Shown here piece by piece: positions 9,336 to 17,479 of a stretch of DNA of 19,354 nucleotides. Where the stretch lies: the IMG/VR virus record IMGVR_UViG_2695420523_000020; one strand, given 5' to 3'. The stretch is from a virus. Its lineage: Duplodnaviria > Heunggongvirae > Uroviricota > Caudoviricetes. The notes under the pieces are model-generated. The model was not told where the DNA came from and made no database searches. It saw only the letters and a program-made list of their open reading frames with translations. How positions within the stretch are numbered: position 1 is the stretch's first letter; each line of letters starts with the position of its first letter. Both the position numbers and the translations under genes were made by a program.

Positions 9336-9413
9336 AATCTCAAACTGATATAGGTATTGATCATTTAAATTAGTATGGTTAATATTTTTGTGAGCATTAC
9401 TAAGGTGACCATT

Positions 9414-9689
9414 ATGACATTAGATGAATATTTGAAAAAAAATCGTGTACGACAGTCTTGTTTGGCCGCGCTGGCTGGTTGTTCGCAATCAATGATTAGC
9501 CTCGTTGCTACTGGACGTAGTCAGTTAAGCCCTGAAAAGGTATTGCGTATCGCAGAGGCTACGAATTTCGAGGTTACACCTCATGAACTCCGGCCTGATA
9601 TCTACCCTAATCCGACCGATGGTTTACCTGTTGGATGTAAGGCTAACACGCAAAATGCACAGGAGTTGATTCATGAAAATCAGGCATGA
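9414..9689 (+). CDS. ydaS: Cro-like HTH protein YdaS family (91 aa)
   Basis: ATG at 9414 with SD AAGGTGA. Translation MTLDEYLKKNRVRQSCLAALAGCSQSMISLVATGRSQLSPEKVLRIAEATN is a short HTH protein in the cro position. Confidence 0.7.
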   Translation: MTLDEYLKKNRVRQSCLAALAGCSQSMISLVATGRSQLSPEKVLRIAEATNFEVTPHELRPDIYPNPTDGLPVGCKANTQNAQELIHENQA

Positions 9690-10095
9690 GCACATCGAAT
9701 CAGTGTTGTTAGCCCTGGCAGCCGAAAAAGGGCAGGCGTGGGTCGCTAACGCAATTACTGAAGAATATCTGCGCCAGGGGGGCGGCGAATTGCCCCTGGT
9801 ACCAGGCAAGGACTGGAACAATCAGCAGAATATCTATCACCGTTGGTTGAAAGGTGAAACGAAAGCGCAAAGGGAAAAAATTCAGAAACTGATCCCTGCG
9901 GTTCTGGCAATTATTCCGCGCGAGCTGCGTCACCGACTCTGCATCTTCGATACCCTGGAACGCCGTGCATTACTGGCGGCGCAGGAAGCGTTGAGTACGG
10001 CAATTGATGCGCATGATGATGCAGTCCAGGCCGTTTACCGGAAAGCACATTTCAGCGGTGGTGGGTCGCCCGGTGATTCTGTCGTAGTGCATTGA
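9673..10095 (+). CDS. ydaT: YdaT-like protein (140 aa)
   Basis: Translation MKIRHEHIESVLLALAAEKGQAWVANAITEEYLRQGGGELPLVPGKDWNN... closely matches Rac YdaT as recalled. Overlaps the ydaS 3' end by 17 nt; SD caggag upstream. Confidence 0.8.
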   Translation: MKIRHEHIESVLLALAAEKGQAWVANAITEEYLRQGGGELPLVPGKDWNNQQNIYHRWLKGETKAQREKIQKLIPAVLAIIPRELRHRLCIFDTLERRALLAAQEALSTAIDAHDDAVQAVYRKAHFSGGGSPGDSVVVH

Positions 10096-10140
10096 TTGAA
10101 ATTAATCGTGCCGGATTGTTTTGTTCGGTATCAGTTAAAT

Positions 10141-10558
10141 GTAACGCTGCGAGCGTTACAAGGTGAAAACAAATGGCTTCAAACTGGATAAAGCTCGAGG
10201 TTATTACGCCGGATAAGCCGGAAATATTCAGGCTTGCTGAGATTCTGAATATTGATCCAGATGCCGCATTAGGGAAGGTTATTCGCTTCTGGGCATGGGC
10301 AGATCAACAAATGATAGACGGTAATGCAGATTGTAACGCTCGCGGCGTTACAAAAAGTGCAATAGATCGCATCACTTTTATGGCTGGTTTTGCTGATGCG
10401 TTAATTCAGGTTGGATGGCTGGTCGAAAATGACGTTGGGCTTTCTCTACCTAACTTTGAACGCCATAACGGAAAAAGCTCTAAAAAACGGGCGGTTACAA
10501 ACGAGCGAGTTACAAAAATACGTGAACTGAAACGAAAAGGTAACGCTGTCGGCGTTAC
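10141..10558. repeat. Three perfect copies of a 19-bp palindrome GTAACGC-N5-GCGTTAC: candidate origin iterons or regulator sites
   Basis: Copies at 10141-10159 (14 bp upstream of the ydaU SD), 10333-10351 and 10540-10558 (both inside the ydaU-like coding region), plus GTTACAAA direct repeats at 10493-10517. An acidic-linker-encoding stretch (EEEEEED) follows at ~10580-10605. Confidence 0.5.
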
Positions 10559-10961
10559 ACAAACGGATCAAAAAGCGTTACCAGAGGAAGAGGAAGAGGA
10601 AGATCTAAATACTGATCTCCCCCTAAATCCCCCTCGCCAAAAACGAGCGTCTAAAAAATTCGAGCCGGAGGCTATTGAGCTGCCCGATTGGTTGCCGGAA
10701 ACACTCTGGCATGAGTGGGTCCGGTTCAGACAGACATTGCGAAAACCGATTCGAACGGAGCAGGGCGCTAACGGGGCGATACGGGAACTGGAAAAATTCC
10801 GTCAGCAGGGTTTTACACCTGAGCAGGTGATTCGACACAGCATCGCCAATGAATACCAGGGCTTGTTCGCGCCGAAAGGTGTTCGACCTGAGACGTTACT
10901 CCGACAGGTTAACACCGTTTCGCTACCGGATAGTGCGATCCCGCCAGGCTTCAGGGGGTAA
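10173..10961 (+). CDS. Replication initiation protein, lambda O-like / YdaU family (262 aa)
   Basis: Sits directly upstream of the DnaC-like helicase loader. Acidic linker (PEEEEEEDLNTDLP) between N- and C-terminal domains as in O-type initiators. SD AAGGTGA precedes ATG 10173. Confidence 0.65.
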   Translation: MASNWIKLEVITPDKPEIFRLAEILNIDPDAALGKVIRFWAWADQQMIDGNADCNARGVTKSAIDRITFMAGFADALIQVGWLVENDVGLSLPNFERHNGKSSKKRAVTNERVTKIRELKRKGNAVGVTQTDQKALPEEEEEEDLNTDLPLNPPRQKRASKKFEPEAIELPDWLPETLWHEWVRFRQTLRKPIRTEQGANGAIRELEKFRQQGFTPEQVIRHSIANEYQGLFAPKGVRPETLLRQVNTVSLPDSAIPPGFRG

Positions 10962-10967
10962 CAGACC

Positions 10968-11714
10968 ATGAAAAATATTGCGACAGGCGGCGTTCTGGAG
11001 CGTATCCGCAGACTGACCCCACCACATGTAACCGCCCCATTCAGAACGGTTGCGGAGTGGCGTGAGTGGCAACTTGCTGAAGGACAGAAACGTTGCGAGG
11101 AGATCAACCGCCTGAATCGTCAGTTGCGGGTGGAAAAAATTCTGAATCGCTCTGGCATCCAGCCGTTGCACCGTAAATGCTCGTTTGCGAATTACCAGGT
11201 GCAGAACGACGGCCAGCGATACGCGTTAAGCCAGGCGAAATCCATCGCCGATGAACTGATGACCGGGTGTACAAATTTTGCGTTCAGCGGAAAACCTGGT
11301 ACCGGGAAGAATCACTTAGCGGCAGCTATCGGGAATCGCCTGCTGAAAGACGGTCAGACAGTGATTGTGGTTACCGTGGCTGATGTTATGAGCGCCCTGC
11401 ACGCCAGCTATGACGACGGGCAGTCAGGCGAAAAATTTTTGCGGGAGCTGTGCGAAGTGGATCTGCTGGTTCTTGATGAAATTGGCATTCAGCGCGAGAC
11501 GAAAAACGAGCAGGTGGTGCTGCATCAGATTGTTGATCGCCGGACAGCGTCGATGCGCAGCGTGGGGATGCTGACAAACCTGAACTATGAGGCCATGAAA
11601 ACATTGCTCGGTGAGCGGATTATGGATCGCATGACCATGAACGGCGGGCGATGGGTGAATTTTAACTGGGAGAGCTGGCGTCCGAATGTTGGTCAGCCAG
11701 GAATTGCGAAGTAA
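10968..11714 (+). CDS. DnaC-like helicase-loader AAA+ ATPase (248 aa)
   Basis: Walker [11 protein letters not shown] and Walker B LLVLDEIG. Overall similarity to DnaC and Rac YdaV as recalled. Confidence 0.85.
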   Translation: MKNIATGGVLERIRRLTPPHVTAPFRTVAEWREWQLAEGQKRCEEINRLNRQLRVEKILNRSGIQPLHRKCSFANYQVQNDGQRYALSQAKSIADELMTGCTNFAFSGKPGTGKNHLAAAIGNRLLKDGQTVIVVTVADVMSALHASYDDGQSGEKFLRELCEVDLLVLDEIGIQRETKNEQVVLHQIVDRRTASMRSVGMLTNLNYEAMKTLLGERIMDRMTMNGGRWVNFNWESWRPNVGQPGIAK

Positions 11715-11736
11715 TTTTTACCGGGAGAAAATTTTA

Positions 11737-12498
11737 ATGGAGACTGTTTTTGACGCACTGAAAGCAATGGGAAAAGCCACATCCATAGAACTTGCTGCGC
11801 GACTTGATATCAGTCGTGAAGAAGTGCTGAACGAACTATGGGAACTGAAAAAAGCTGGCTTCGTTGATAAAACCGCGTACACCTGGCGCGTGGCTGATAA
11901 CAATGTTCAGCAGGAACAGCCAGCGCAGGCAGAACTGCCGGAAGAAACCACCACAGCAACAGTAGTGAAAATTTCAGAGTGCGATTTAACCGCGACGATT
12001 GAGCAACGCGGACCACAAACGGCTGATGAGCTGGCTACATTGTTTGGTACCACATCACGCAAAGTGGCTTCAACGCTGGCAATGGCAATCAGCAAAGGTC
12101 GTCTGATTCGCGTAAATCAGGGCGGTAAATTTCGTTACTGCATACCGGGCGATAATTTACCAGCAGAGCCGAAAGCAGCATCGGTAGCGGAAACTGATGG
12201 TAAGGCCTTTCCTCAGCCCGCAGGTGTTGCATTACCAGTACAGGAGGCTGCAACACAGGAAGATATTAAAACAGAAACGGTGGCGGACATTGTGCAGTCG
12301 CTGCCATCGTTTACTGAAACGCGAGCGGATGACCTGGTTTTACCATCGCTGCATATGGCAAACCGCGAACTGCGTCGGGCGAAAAATCATGTCCAGAAGT
12401 GGGAGCGAGTCTGCGCCGCGCTGCGGGAGCTGAACAAGCACCGGGATATTGTTCGACAGATTTTCGATTCCTCCAGCCGTATTGTGTCGGAAAAGTGA
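11737..12498 (+). CDS. Hypothetical phage protein with N-terminal winged-helix-like segment (253 aa)
   Basis: ATG at 11737 with SD GGGAGA. N-terminus [43 protein letters not shown] resembles a wHTH; the same motif recurs as [27 protein letters not shown]. Occupies the Rac ydaW position. Confidence 0.55.
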   Translation: METVFDALKAMGKATSIELAARLDISREEVLNELWELKKAGFVDKTAYTWRVADNNVQQEQPAQAELPEETTTATVVKISECDLTATIEQRGPQTADELATLFGTTSRKVASTLAMAISKGRLIRVNQGGKFRYCIPGDNLPAEPKAASVAETDGKAFPQPAGVALPVQEAATQEDIKTETVADIVQSLPSFTETRADDLVLPSLHMANRELRRAKNHVQKWERVCAALRELNKHRDIVRQIFDSSSRIVSEK

Positions 12499-12513
12499 TT
12501 GCCGGAGGCACCT

Positions 12514-12936
12514 ATGGCAAAAGTATTTACATCAGAAGAGCGGGAAAAAATTAAAGGGCAGGTTGTTGAACTTGTACGTCTGAGCGGTCGCGAGACGTTA
12601 CGGCAACTGGAAGCCAAGACAGGTGCGACAAGATATCTGATGAGTGTTCTTGCCAGAGAGCTGGTTGCCAGTGGCGATTTATACAACTCCGGCTACGGGT
12701 TATTTCCGTCTGAACAGGCACGTAAGGACTGGATAAAGGCCCGCAAAAAACTATCCAGGGCAAAGGTGAAGAAACCATCTGCGGTTGATCCGGACCTTAT
12801 CTGGTCATTACCTGACGGAGAAATACGTCGCTACGACAGTCGCCTAAACATAATCTGTCGCGAGTGCCGGAAGAGCGAAGCTATGCAGCGTGTACTGGCT
12901 TTCTATCAGGGTAATTTTCAGGAGGTAGCGCAGTGA
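12514..12936 (+). CDS. Hypothetical protein (140 aa)
   Basis: ATG at 12514 preceded by SD GGAGG. Basic C-terminal half with a CxxC pair (ICRECRK). No recognisable family. Confidence 0.55.
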   Translation: MAKVFTSEEREKIKGQVVELVRLSGRETLRQLEAKTGATRYLMSVLARELVASGDLYNSGYGLFPSEQARKDWIKARKKLSRAKVKKPSAVDPDLIWSLPDGEIRRYDSRLNIICRECRKSEAMQRVLAFYQGNFQEVAQ

Positions 12937-13418
12937 GTGCACCGGCAACCATTCTTGATATGTGCTGTGGCAGTCGCATGTTCTGGTTTGATAAGAATGA
13001 CGAACTGGCGATATTTAGCGATATCAGAAAAGAAGAGCACACATTGTGTGATGGACGACGGCTGATAATTTGCCCTGACCTGATAGCAGATTTTCGTGCA
13101 TTACCATTTGCAGACGCATCGTTTCCGGTTGTTGTATTCGACCCTCCGCATCTTGAGCGTATTGGTGATAATGCCTGGATGGGAAAGAAATATGGACGGC
13201 TGAATAAAGATACCTGGCGTGATGATTTGCGGCAGGGATTTAAAGAAGCCTTTCGTGTGTTGTGGCCATACGGCGTTCTGATTTTTAAATGGAATGAAAC
13301 GCAAATACCTGTTCGCCAAATATTGGCACTGACCGACAGAAAGCCTGTTATCGGTCAACGAACAGGAAAGGGTGACAAGACCCACTGGATTATTTTTATG
13401 AAGGAGGGCAACCAGTGA
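12933..13418 (+). CDS. Small SAM-dependent methyltransferase-like protein (161 aa)
   Basis: GTG start overlapping the upstream stop (GTGA), SD AGGAGG 7 nt upstream. N-terminal LDMCCGSRMF resembles SAM-binding motif I and VVVFDPPH resembles the (D/N/S)PP(Y/F/H) motif IV of amino-methyltransferases. Confidence 0.5.
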   Translation: MSAPATILDMCCGSRMFWFDKNDELAIFSDIRKEEHTLCDGRRLIICPDLIADFRALPFADASFPVVVFDPPHLERIGDNAWMGKKYGRLNKDTWRDDLRQGFKEAFRVLWPYGVLIFKWNETQIPVRQILALTDRKPVIGQRTGKGDKTHWIIFMKEGNQ

Positions 13419-14062
13419 GCGAGATTGACTATCAGGCGTTGCGTGAGGCGGCAGAACGTGCAATCCCGGCAATGGAACGCCTGTTAATGTTGCCAGTTGA
13501 TGATGATTTGTTAACTGAACAGGAACTTAAGGATTACGGTGTGGATATTGATGCGCTCAACGCCTTCAAATTTCTGGCCGGACCAGAAACCGTGCTTGCA
13601 CTACTGGATGAACGGGAAAGAAACCAGCAATACATCAAACGCCGCGACCAGGAGAACGAGGATATTGCGCTAACGGTAGGGAAGCTGCGTGTTGAGCTGG
13701 AAGCCGCAGAGAAGCGCAACGCAAAATTACAAAGCGAGAATGCATACATCCGCAACCGGTTCAAAGAACTGGACCTATTAATCGGGAAAAACATTCTGGT
13801 CATGCAGGCTGCGATTATCGAATGGCAGGCAACTGGCGACGCTAAGAGCGGACTGGCATGGATTTATAACACACTGTTTGGCCCTGGCGAATTGCCGGAC
13901 GAATCTGAGAAAGATACCCAGGCCTACTTTAATCGCAAATATGCACCGATTGACGAAAAGCTTATGGCGCTTCACAAGTGGTTTTGGGAACAAAGTGAAG
14001 CCGAGCGCGCCGCTGGCATTCACATCAAAGGAGAGGAGCATGGAAATAAAACCAGAAGATGA
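13415..14062 (+). CDS. Ead/Ea22-like family protein (215 aa)
   Basis: GTG start overlapping the upstream stop, SD AAGGAGGG. Coiled-coil-rich; overall resemblance to Ead/Ea22-like prophage proteins as recalled. Confidence 0.55.
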   Translation: MSEIDYQALREAAERAIPAMERLLMLPVDDDLLTEQELKDYGVDIDALNAFKFLAGPETVLALLDERERNQQYIKRRDQENEDIALTVGKLRVELEAAEKRNAKLQSENAYIRNRFKELDLLIGKNILVMQAAIIEWQATGDAKSGLAWIYNTLFGPGELPDESEKDTQAYFNRKYAPIDEKLMALHKWFWEQSEAERAAGIHIKGEEHGNKTRR

Positions 14063-14396
14063 GTTAAGTAATATAGTTTTATTTCCGGTAAAAGAGGATG
14101 ACCCGCGTAATCAGGTTAATTTTCTTTATGAGCCATCGGAAAGACCATACTGCCATCACGCTTCTGTCAGGGTTGACGAAAAAGAGCGTAAGGTCCGCTG
14201 TAAAATCTGCGGTGCAGTTGTGGAGCCGTTTGACTGGATGCTCTCTGTGGCGAAAAGAGAAACCAGACTGGCAGATGATGTAAGGCTATTGCGCCAGGAG
14301 GAACAGGAAAGGCGGAAAAATATAGAAAAGTTAATTCAGATTGAGCGTAACGCGAAAGCGCGGATACGCCGGGCGAAAAAAAACAGAACTGAATAA
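14040..14396 (+). CDS. Hypothetical protein with putative zinc ribbon (118 aa)
   Basis: Internal ATG at 14040 with SD GGAGAGGAG, overlapping the Ea22-like 3' end by 23 nt. Cys/His cluster CHH...CKIC and a very basic C-terminus. The ORF-track start at 13878 lies inside the upstream gene. Confidence 0.5.
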   Translation: MEIKPEDELSNIVLFPVKEDDPRNQVNFLYEPSERPYCHHASVRVDEKERKVRCKICGAVVEPFDWMLSVAKRETRLADDVRLLRQEEQERRKNIEKLIQIERNAKARIRRAKKNRTE

Positions 14397-14687
14397 TTAA
14401 ATTTAGCACTGTAAATAAAATCAAATCCTTAACTGGAGGTATATCTATGTTAAATACACAGAAAACCATTAATGCGGAAAAATATAACGAAGGAAATTTT
14501 CTGAGCAGATTTTTAAAATTACTGGCGACGAGAATGCGGCAAAAAATGAATTAGAGCCGTGGACACCTGAAGGAGTCGAACCAAATTATTGCTGGTGGGA
14601 TGTTGATCCAGTTGATGCTGCAAATGAAGCTATGAGTTATCACAACGATTAATGTCAGGAGGCCGCCCGAAAGGGCGGTAATGAAAA

Positions 14688-15521
14688 GTGACTGAATTAA
14701 CCAAAGAGAAATTAATCGAAGAAGCCAAATTAAAAATAGCGATTGCGAAATGCTACCCCAATTCAGGGATGGCACGGGTAGAGGGCGAGTTATTCAAAAT
14801 TGCACTGGCATCGCTGGAAGCAGAACCAATAGGTGCTTTCCACATTGTAGAACAGCAAGTTGACGGAACAAGTTACTATATCAAGGATGGGGAATGGCCT
14901 ATTGATACTGGGATTATTGAAGTCTACGCCGCCTCACCGATGACGGTAGTGCTGAACGATGTATCTGGACCTCTTGCTCTTGCTTACAAAGAGCTTACAC
15001 CTGCGATTATGCGCAACCATATCGCTGTATTCGAACGATACGGAATAACCCCAAACGATAGCATTACTACAATTCATGCGCTTCGAATTGCGCTGGATGG
15101 CATAGAGCGGAGCGACGCCATGCTTCATGGACGTCAGCCATGCCATCAAATTACCGCCTCAATGGCAAAAGCTATTGCGCTTAAACTTGGTGCCGAACTG
15201 AATAACGAAGAAGCAGAGATTTTCGCGGATGGGTATAACACCGCCATGCTTCATGCCGAAAACTTTCGGGAAAATAAGAATTCGTCAACCAATAATTTTC
15301 GGATAACCTCGGAAACGTCAACCAACTCTCCGGCAATCCCTGATGAGGTGTTGTCCGCAATCCTGAAGGTCGCCAGGGTTCGTGCAGATTTCGATGCTTC
15401 TGAAGGTGACAGGCGAGGTATCGGTGGTTGTCTGGATGAGGCCGAGCAAGAACTTATCGTTACCATTAACAAATACGCCAGTCAGATCGCAGTAGAAGCG
15501 ATACAGGGGGCGCACCAATGA
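14688..15521 (+). CDS. Hypothetical protein (277 aa), no recognisable family
   Basis: Longest ORF in an otherwise gene-poor stretch. GTG start at 14688 just after a ccgccc-GAAA-gggcgg hairpin. Preceded by ~290 bp of AT-rich ORF-less DNA. Confidence 0.5.
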   Translation: MTELTKEKLIEEAKLKIAIAKCYPNSGMARVEGELFKIALASLEAEPIGAFHIVEQQVDGTSYYIKDGEWPIDTGIIEVYAASPMTVVLNDVSGPLALAYKELTPAIMRNHIAVFERYGITPNDSITTIHALRIALDGIERSDAMLHGRQPCHQITASMAKAIALKLGAELNNEEAEIFADGYNTAMLHAENFRENKNSSTNNFRITSETSTNSPAIPDEVLSAILKVARVRADFDASEGDRRGIGGCLDEAEQELIVTINKYASQIAVEAIQGAHQ

Positions 15522-15595
15522 GCCGGCCCGATGCATTTGCAGGCGTTGCTATAGCTATTGCTTTTCTAGTATATGTTATTTGTCGGTGGGGGTAA
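15518..15595 (+). CDS. Tiny hydrophobic peptide (25 aa), translationally coupled to the 277-aa gene
   Basis: ATG overlaps the upstream stop (ATGA). Translation MSRPDAFAGVAIAIAFLVYVICRWG is a single predicted transmembrane helix. Confidence 0.3.
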   Translation: MSRPDAFAGVAIAIAFLVYVICRWG

Positions 15596-15630
15596 AAACG
15601 TTCGCCGGAATTCACACCAAGGGAGGGAAT

Positions 15631-15735
15631 ATGTCGGATGATATTTCACTGGTAATGGAAGGCGCTCTGGCTGTTATTGCTGTTGTGGGTGTTTACTGCC
15701 TGGTTGTGTTTTTGATGGATCGCCTGGGGAACTGA
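15631..15735 (+). CDS. Small membrane peptide (34 aa)
   Basis: Strong SD AAGGGAGGG 5 nt before ATG 15631. Translation MSDDISLVMEGALAVIAVVGVYCLVVFLMDRLGN has one hydrophobic helix. Confidence 0.45.
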   Translation: MSDDISLVMEGALAVIAVVGVYCLVVFLMDRLGN

Positions 15736-15864
15736 ATTCATTCCGTATGGGAATTCCCATATCGGGCAAAAACGGTTTGCTGTAAAGCGAGAGTTAAGTA
15801 GAATTGCTGCGGGTGCTTGAGGCTGTCTGCCTCGGGCATGCCGCCGTAAGGCAGACAGAGAAAA

Positions 15865-15935
15865 GCCCCAGTTAACATTACGCGTCCGGCAAGACGCTTA
15901 ACATTAATCTGAGGCCATATCTATGCGACACATAG
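15865..15935 (-). ncRNA. Sok-like antisense RNA (approximate position)
   Basis: Inferred from hok/sok architecture: antisense to the hok leader around the mok-like start. Possible minus-strand promoter TTGACC-17-CTAATC inside the mok/hok leader. Exact ends not determinable from sequence alone. Confidence 0.3.
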
Positions 15936-15982
15936 AGATTAGCCTCTTACGGACCGAAAGGTCAAGGAGAAGCAGGCTATGA
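15923..15982 (+). CDS. mok-like leader ORF (19 codons) overlapping the hok start
   Basis: ATG at 15923; its stop TGA overlaps the hok ATG (ATGA). Much shorter than plasmid R1 mok. Confidence 0.35.
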   Translation: MRHIEISLLRTERSRRSRL

Positions 15983-16134
15983 AGCAGCAAAAGGCGATGT
16001 TAATCGCTCTGATCGTCATCTGTTTAACCGTCATAGTGACGGCACTGGTAACGAGGAAAGACCTCTGCGAGGTACGAATCCGAACCGGGCAGACGGAGGT
16101 CGCTGTCTTCGTAGACTACGAATCTAGAGAGTAA
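15979..16134 (+). CDS. hok: Hok/Gef-family type I toxin (51 aa)
   Basis: Translation MKQQKAMLIALIVICLTVIVTALVTRKDLCEVRIRTGQTEVAVFVDYESRE is a clear Hok-family member (close to HokD/RelF as recalled). SD AAGGAGAAG upstream. The upstream leader gcttgaggctgtctgcctc resembles the 5' end of R1 hok mRNA. Confidence 0.85.
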   Translation: MKQQKAMLIALIVICLTVIVTALVTRKDLCEVRIRTGQTEVAVFVDYESRE

Positions 16135-16204
16135 GAGTGACCAGGCGGGAGAGTAATCTCCCGCCACCTCTGATGTGTCAGGCATCCTCAATGCACCCAC
16201 ACTT

Positions 16205-16230
16205 AACCCGCTTCGGCGGGTTTTTGTTTT
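16205..16230 (+). terminator. Rho-independent terminator of the hok transcript
   Basis: cccgc-ttcg-gcggg hairpin followed by TTTTTGTTTT. Confidence 0.6.
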
Positions 16231-16356
16231 TATTTTCAACGCGTTTGAAGTTTTGGATAGTGCCGGAATAGAATCAAAAATACTTAAGTAGCGCGCAGGG
16301 AGAAGAGGGATGGACCCCGAACAGGGGAGTGCTATTTATCTGGAAGGATTCTGAAG

Positions 16357-16530
16357 ATGAAAATCGAAGAATTGCGTGAAATTTTTAGTGAAGATGGCCT
16401 CTATGCTGTGCGCGTTGAGAATGGAGAAGTTATCTACACAACGTTAATTCCTGATGATCATGTGATTTTATCTATCGAGGCATTCATTGAATACCTTGAA
16501 AGGCTCGGTTTCAAGGTGGTTCGCGAATGA
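16357..16530 (+). CDS. Hypothetical small protein (57 aa)
   Basis: ATG at 16357 with SD GGAAGGA. Translation MKIEELREIFSEDGLYAVRVENGEVIYTTLIPDDHVILSIEAFIEYLERLGFKVVRE has balanced composition. Below the ORF-track threshold. Confidence 0.45.
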   Translation: MKIEELREIFSEDGLYAVRVENGEVIYTTLIPDDHVILSIEAFIEYLERLGFKVVRE

Positions 16531-16589
16531 GTTATAATTCGTAAGCCAGCCTGAACAACTGGCAACCTACAGCGCCATTGGAGACAGCA

Positions 16590-17189
16590 ATGGCGCATAT
16601 ACAACTGGTCAAACAAACCTCTTCCGGATTACTTCTCCCGGCGACGCCGGAGAGTTGTGATTTTCTGCATCAAATCAAAATAGGCGAGTGGATACACGCT
16701 GATTTTAAGCGCGTTCGTAACTACGCATTCCATAAGCGTTTTTTCAAACTTCTGCAACTCGGATTCGATTACTGGACTCCGGTCGGTGGGGCGATCACTC
16801 CTCGCGAACGAAAACTGGTGTCCGGTTTCGTTGATTATCTGTGTGAATCAGTAGGCCGGGAACATACGCCAGCTCTGAGCGAAGCCGCAGAGCAATATCT
16901 GAATACAGTTGCGACACGCAGAACCCGAGATACAGCATTGCTAAAGTCGTTTGAGGCTTTCCGCGAGTGGGTAACCATTCAGGCCGGATTTTACACCGAG
17001 CATATTTATCCGGACGGTAGCCGTGGGCGCAGGGCGAAATCCATCTCGTTTGCGAATATGGACGAAACCGAGTTTCAGCAGGTTTATAAATCTGTGCTGA
17101 ATGTACTGTGGAACTGGATCCTGTTCCGTAAATTTTCCTCTCCGGAACAAGTCGAAAATGTGGCCGCGCAGCTACTGGAGTTTGCGTAA
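16590..17189 (+). CDS. DUF1367-family prophage protein (YbcN-like), 199 aa
   Basis: ATG at 16590 with SD GGAGA (the track start at 16578 is TTG). Lies immediately upstream of the DUF1364-like gene, the same order as ybcN-ninE-ybcO in DLP12 as recalled. Confidence 0.55.
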   Translation: MAHIQLVKQTSSGLLLPATPESCDFLHQIKIGEWIHADFKRVRNYAFHKRFFKLLQLGFDYWTPVGGAITPRERKLVSGFVDYLCESVGREHTPALSEAAEQYLNTVATRRTRDTALLKSFEAFREWVTIQAGFYTEHIYPDGSRGRRAKSISFANMDETEFQQVYKSVLNVLWNWILFRKFSSPEQVENVAAQLLEFA

Positions 17190-17479
17190 TGGTGGATTTA
17201 CGTAAAGCGGCGCGGGGGCAGATGTGCACCGTCAGAATTCCTGGCTACTGCAATCACGATCCGGAAACGTCTGTGCTGGCGCATTACCGACTGGCGGGAA
17301 CGTGCGGAACAGCGATAAAGCCACACGATATGCAGGCAGCGATTGCCTGTAACTCATGCCACGATTTAATCGACGGGAGAGTAAAAACCAGCGATTACAC
17401 CAAAGAAGAATTGCGCCTGATGCATGCAGAAGGTGTTTTTCGCACACAAGAGATCTGGAGAAAGGACGGTTATTTATGA
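17189..17479 (+). CDS. DUF1364-family protein (YbcO-like), 96 aa, Cys/His-rich
   Basis: ATG overlaps the upstream stop (TAATG). Translation MVDLRKAARGQMCTVRIPGYCNHDPETSVLAHYR...CNSCHDLIDGR has a Cys/His metal-binding pattern. Confidence 0.55.
   Translation: MVDLRKAARGQMCTVRIPGYCNHDPETSVLAHYRLAGTCGTAIKPHDMQAAIACNSCHDLIDGRVKTSDYTKEELRLMHAEGVFRTQEIWRKDGYL

Noticed and set aside
14447-14554. Apparent 35-codon ORF with a strong SD (GGAGGT) and ATG at 14447
   Set aside because: Careful base counting shows cagaaaaacc has five A residues, so the frame stops after 8 codons (MLNTQKNH). The longer reading was a miscount. A 45-codon open frame at 14518-14652 has no start codon.
14551-14775. 74-aa minus-strand ORF
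   Set aside because: Overlaps the start of the 277-aa plus-strand gene; no SD; Leu/Ile/Trp-rich shadow frame of AT-rich DNA.
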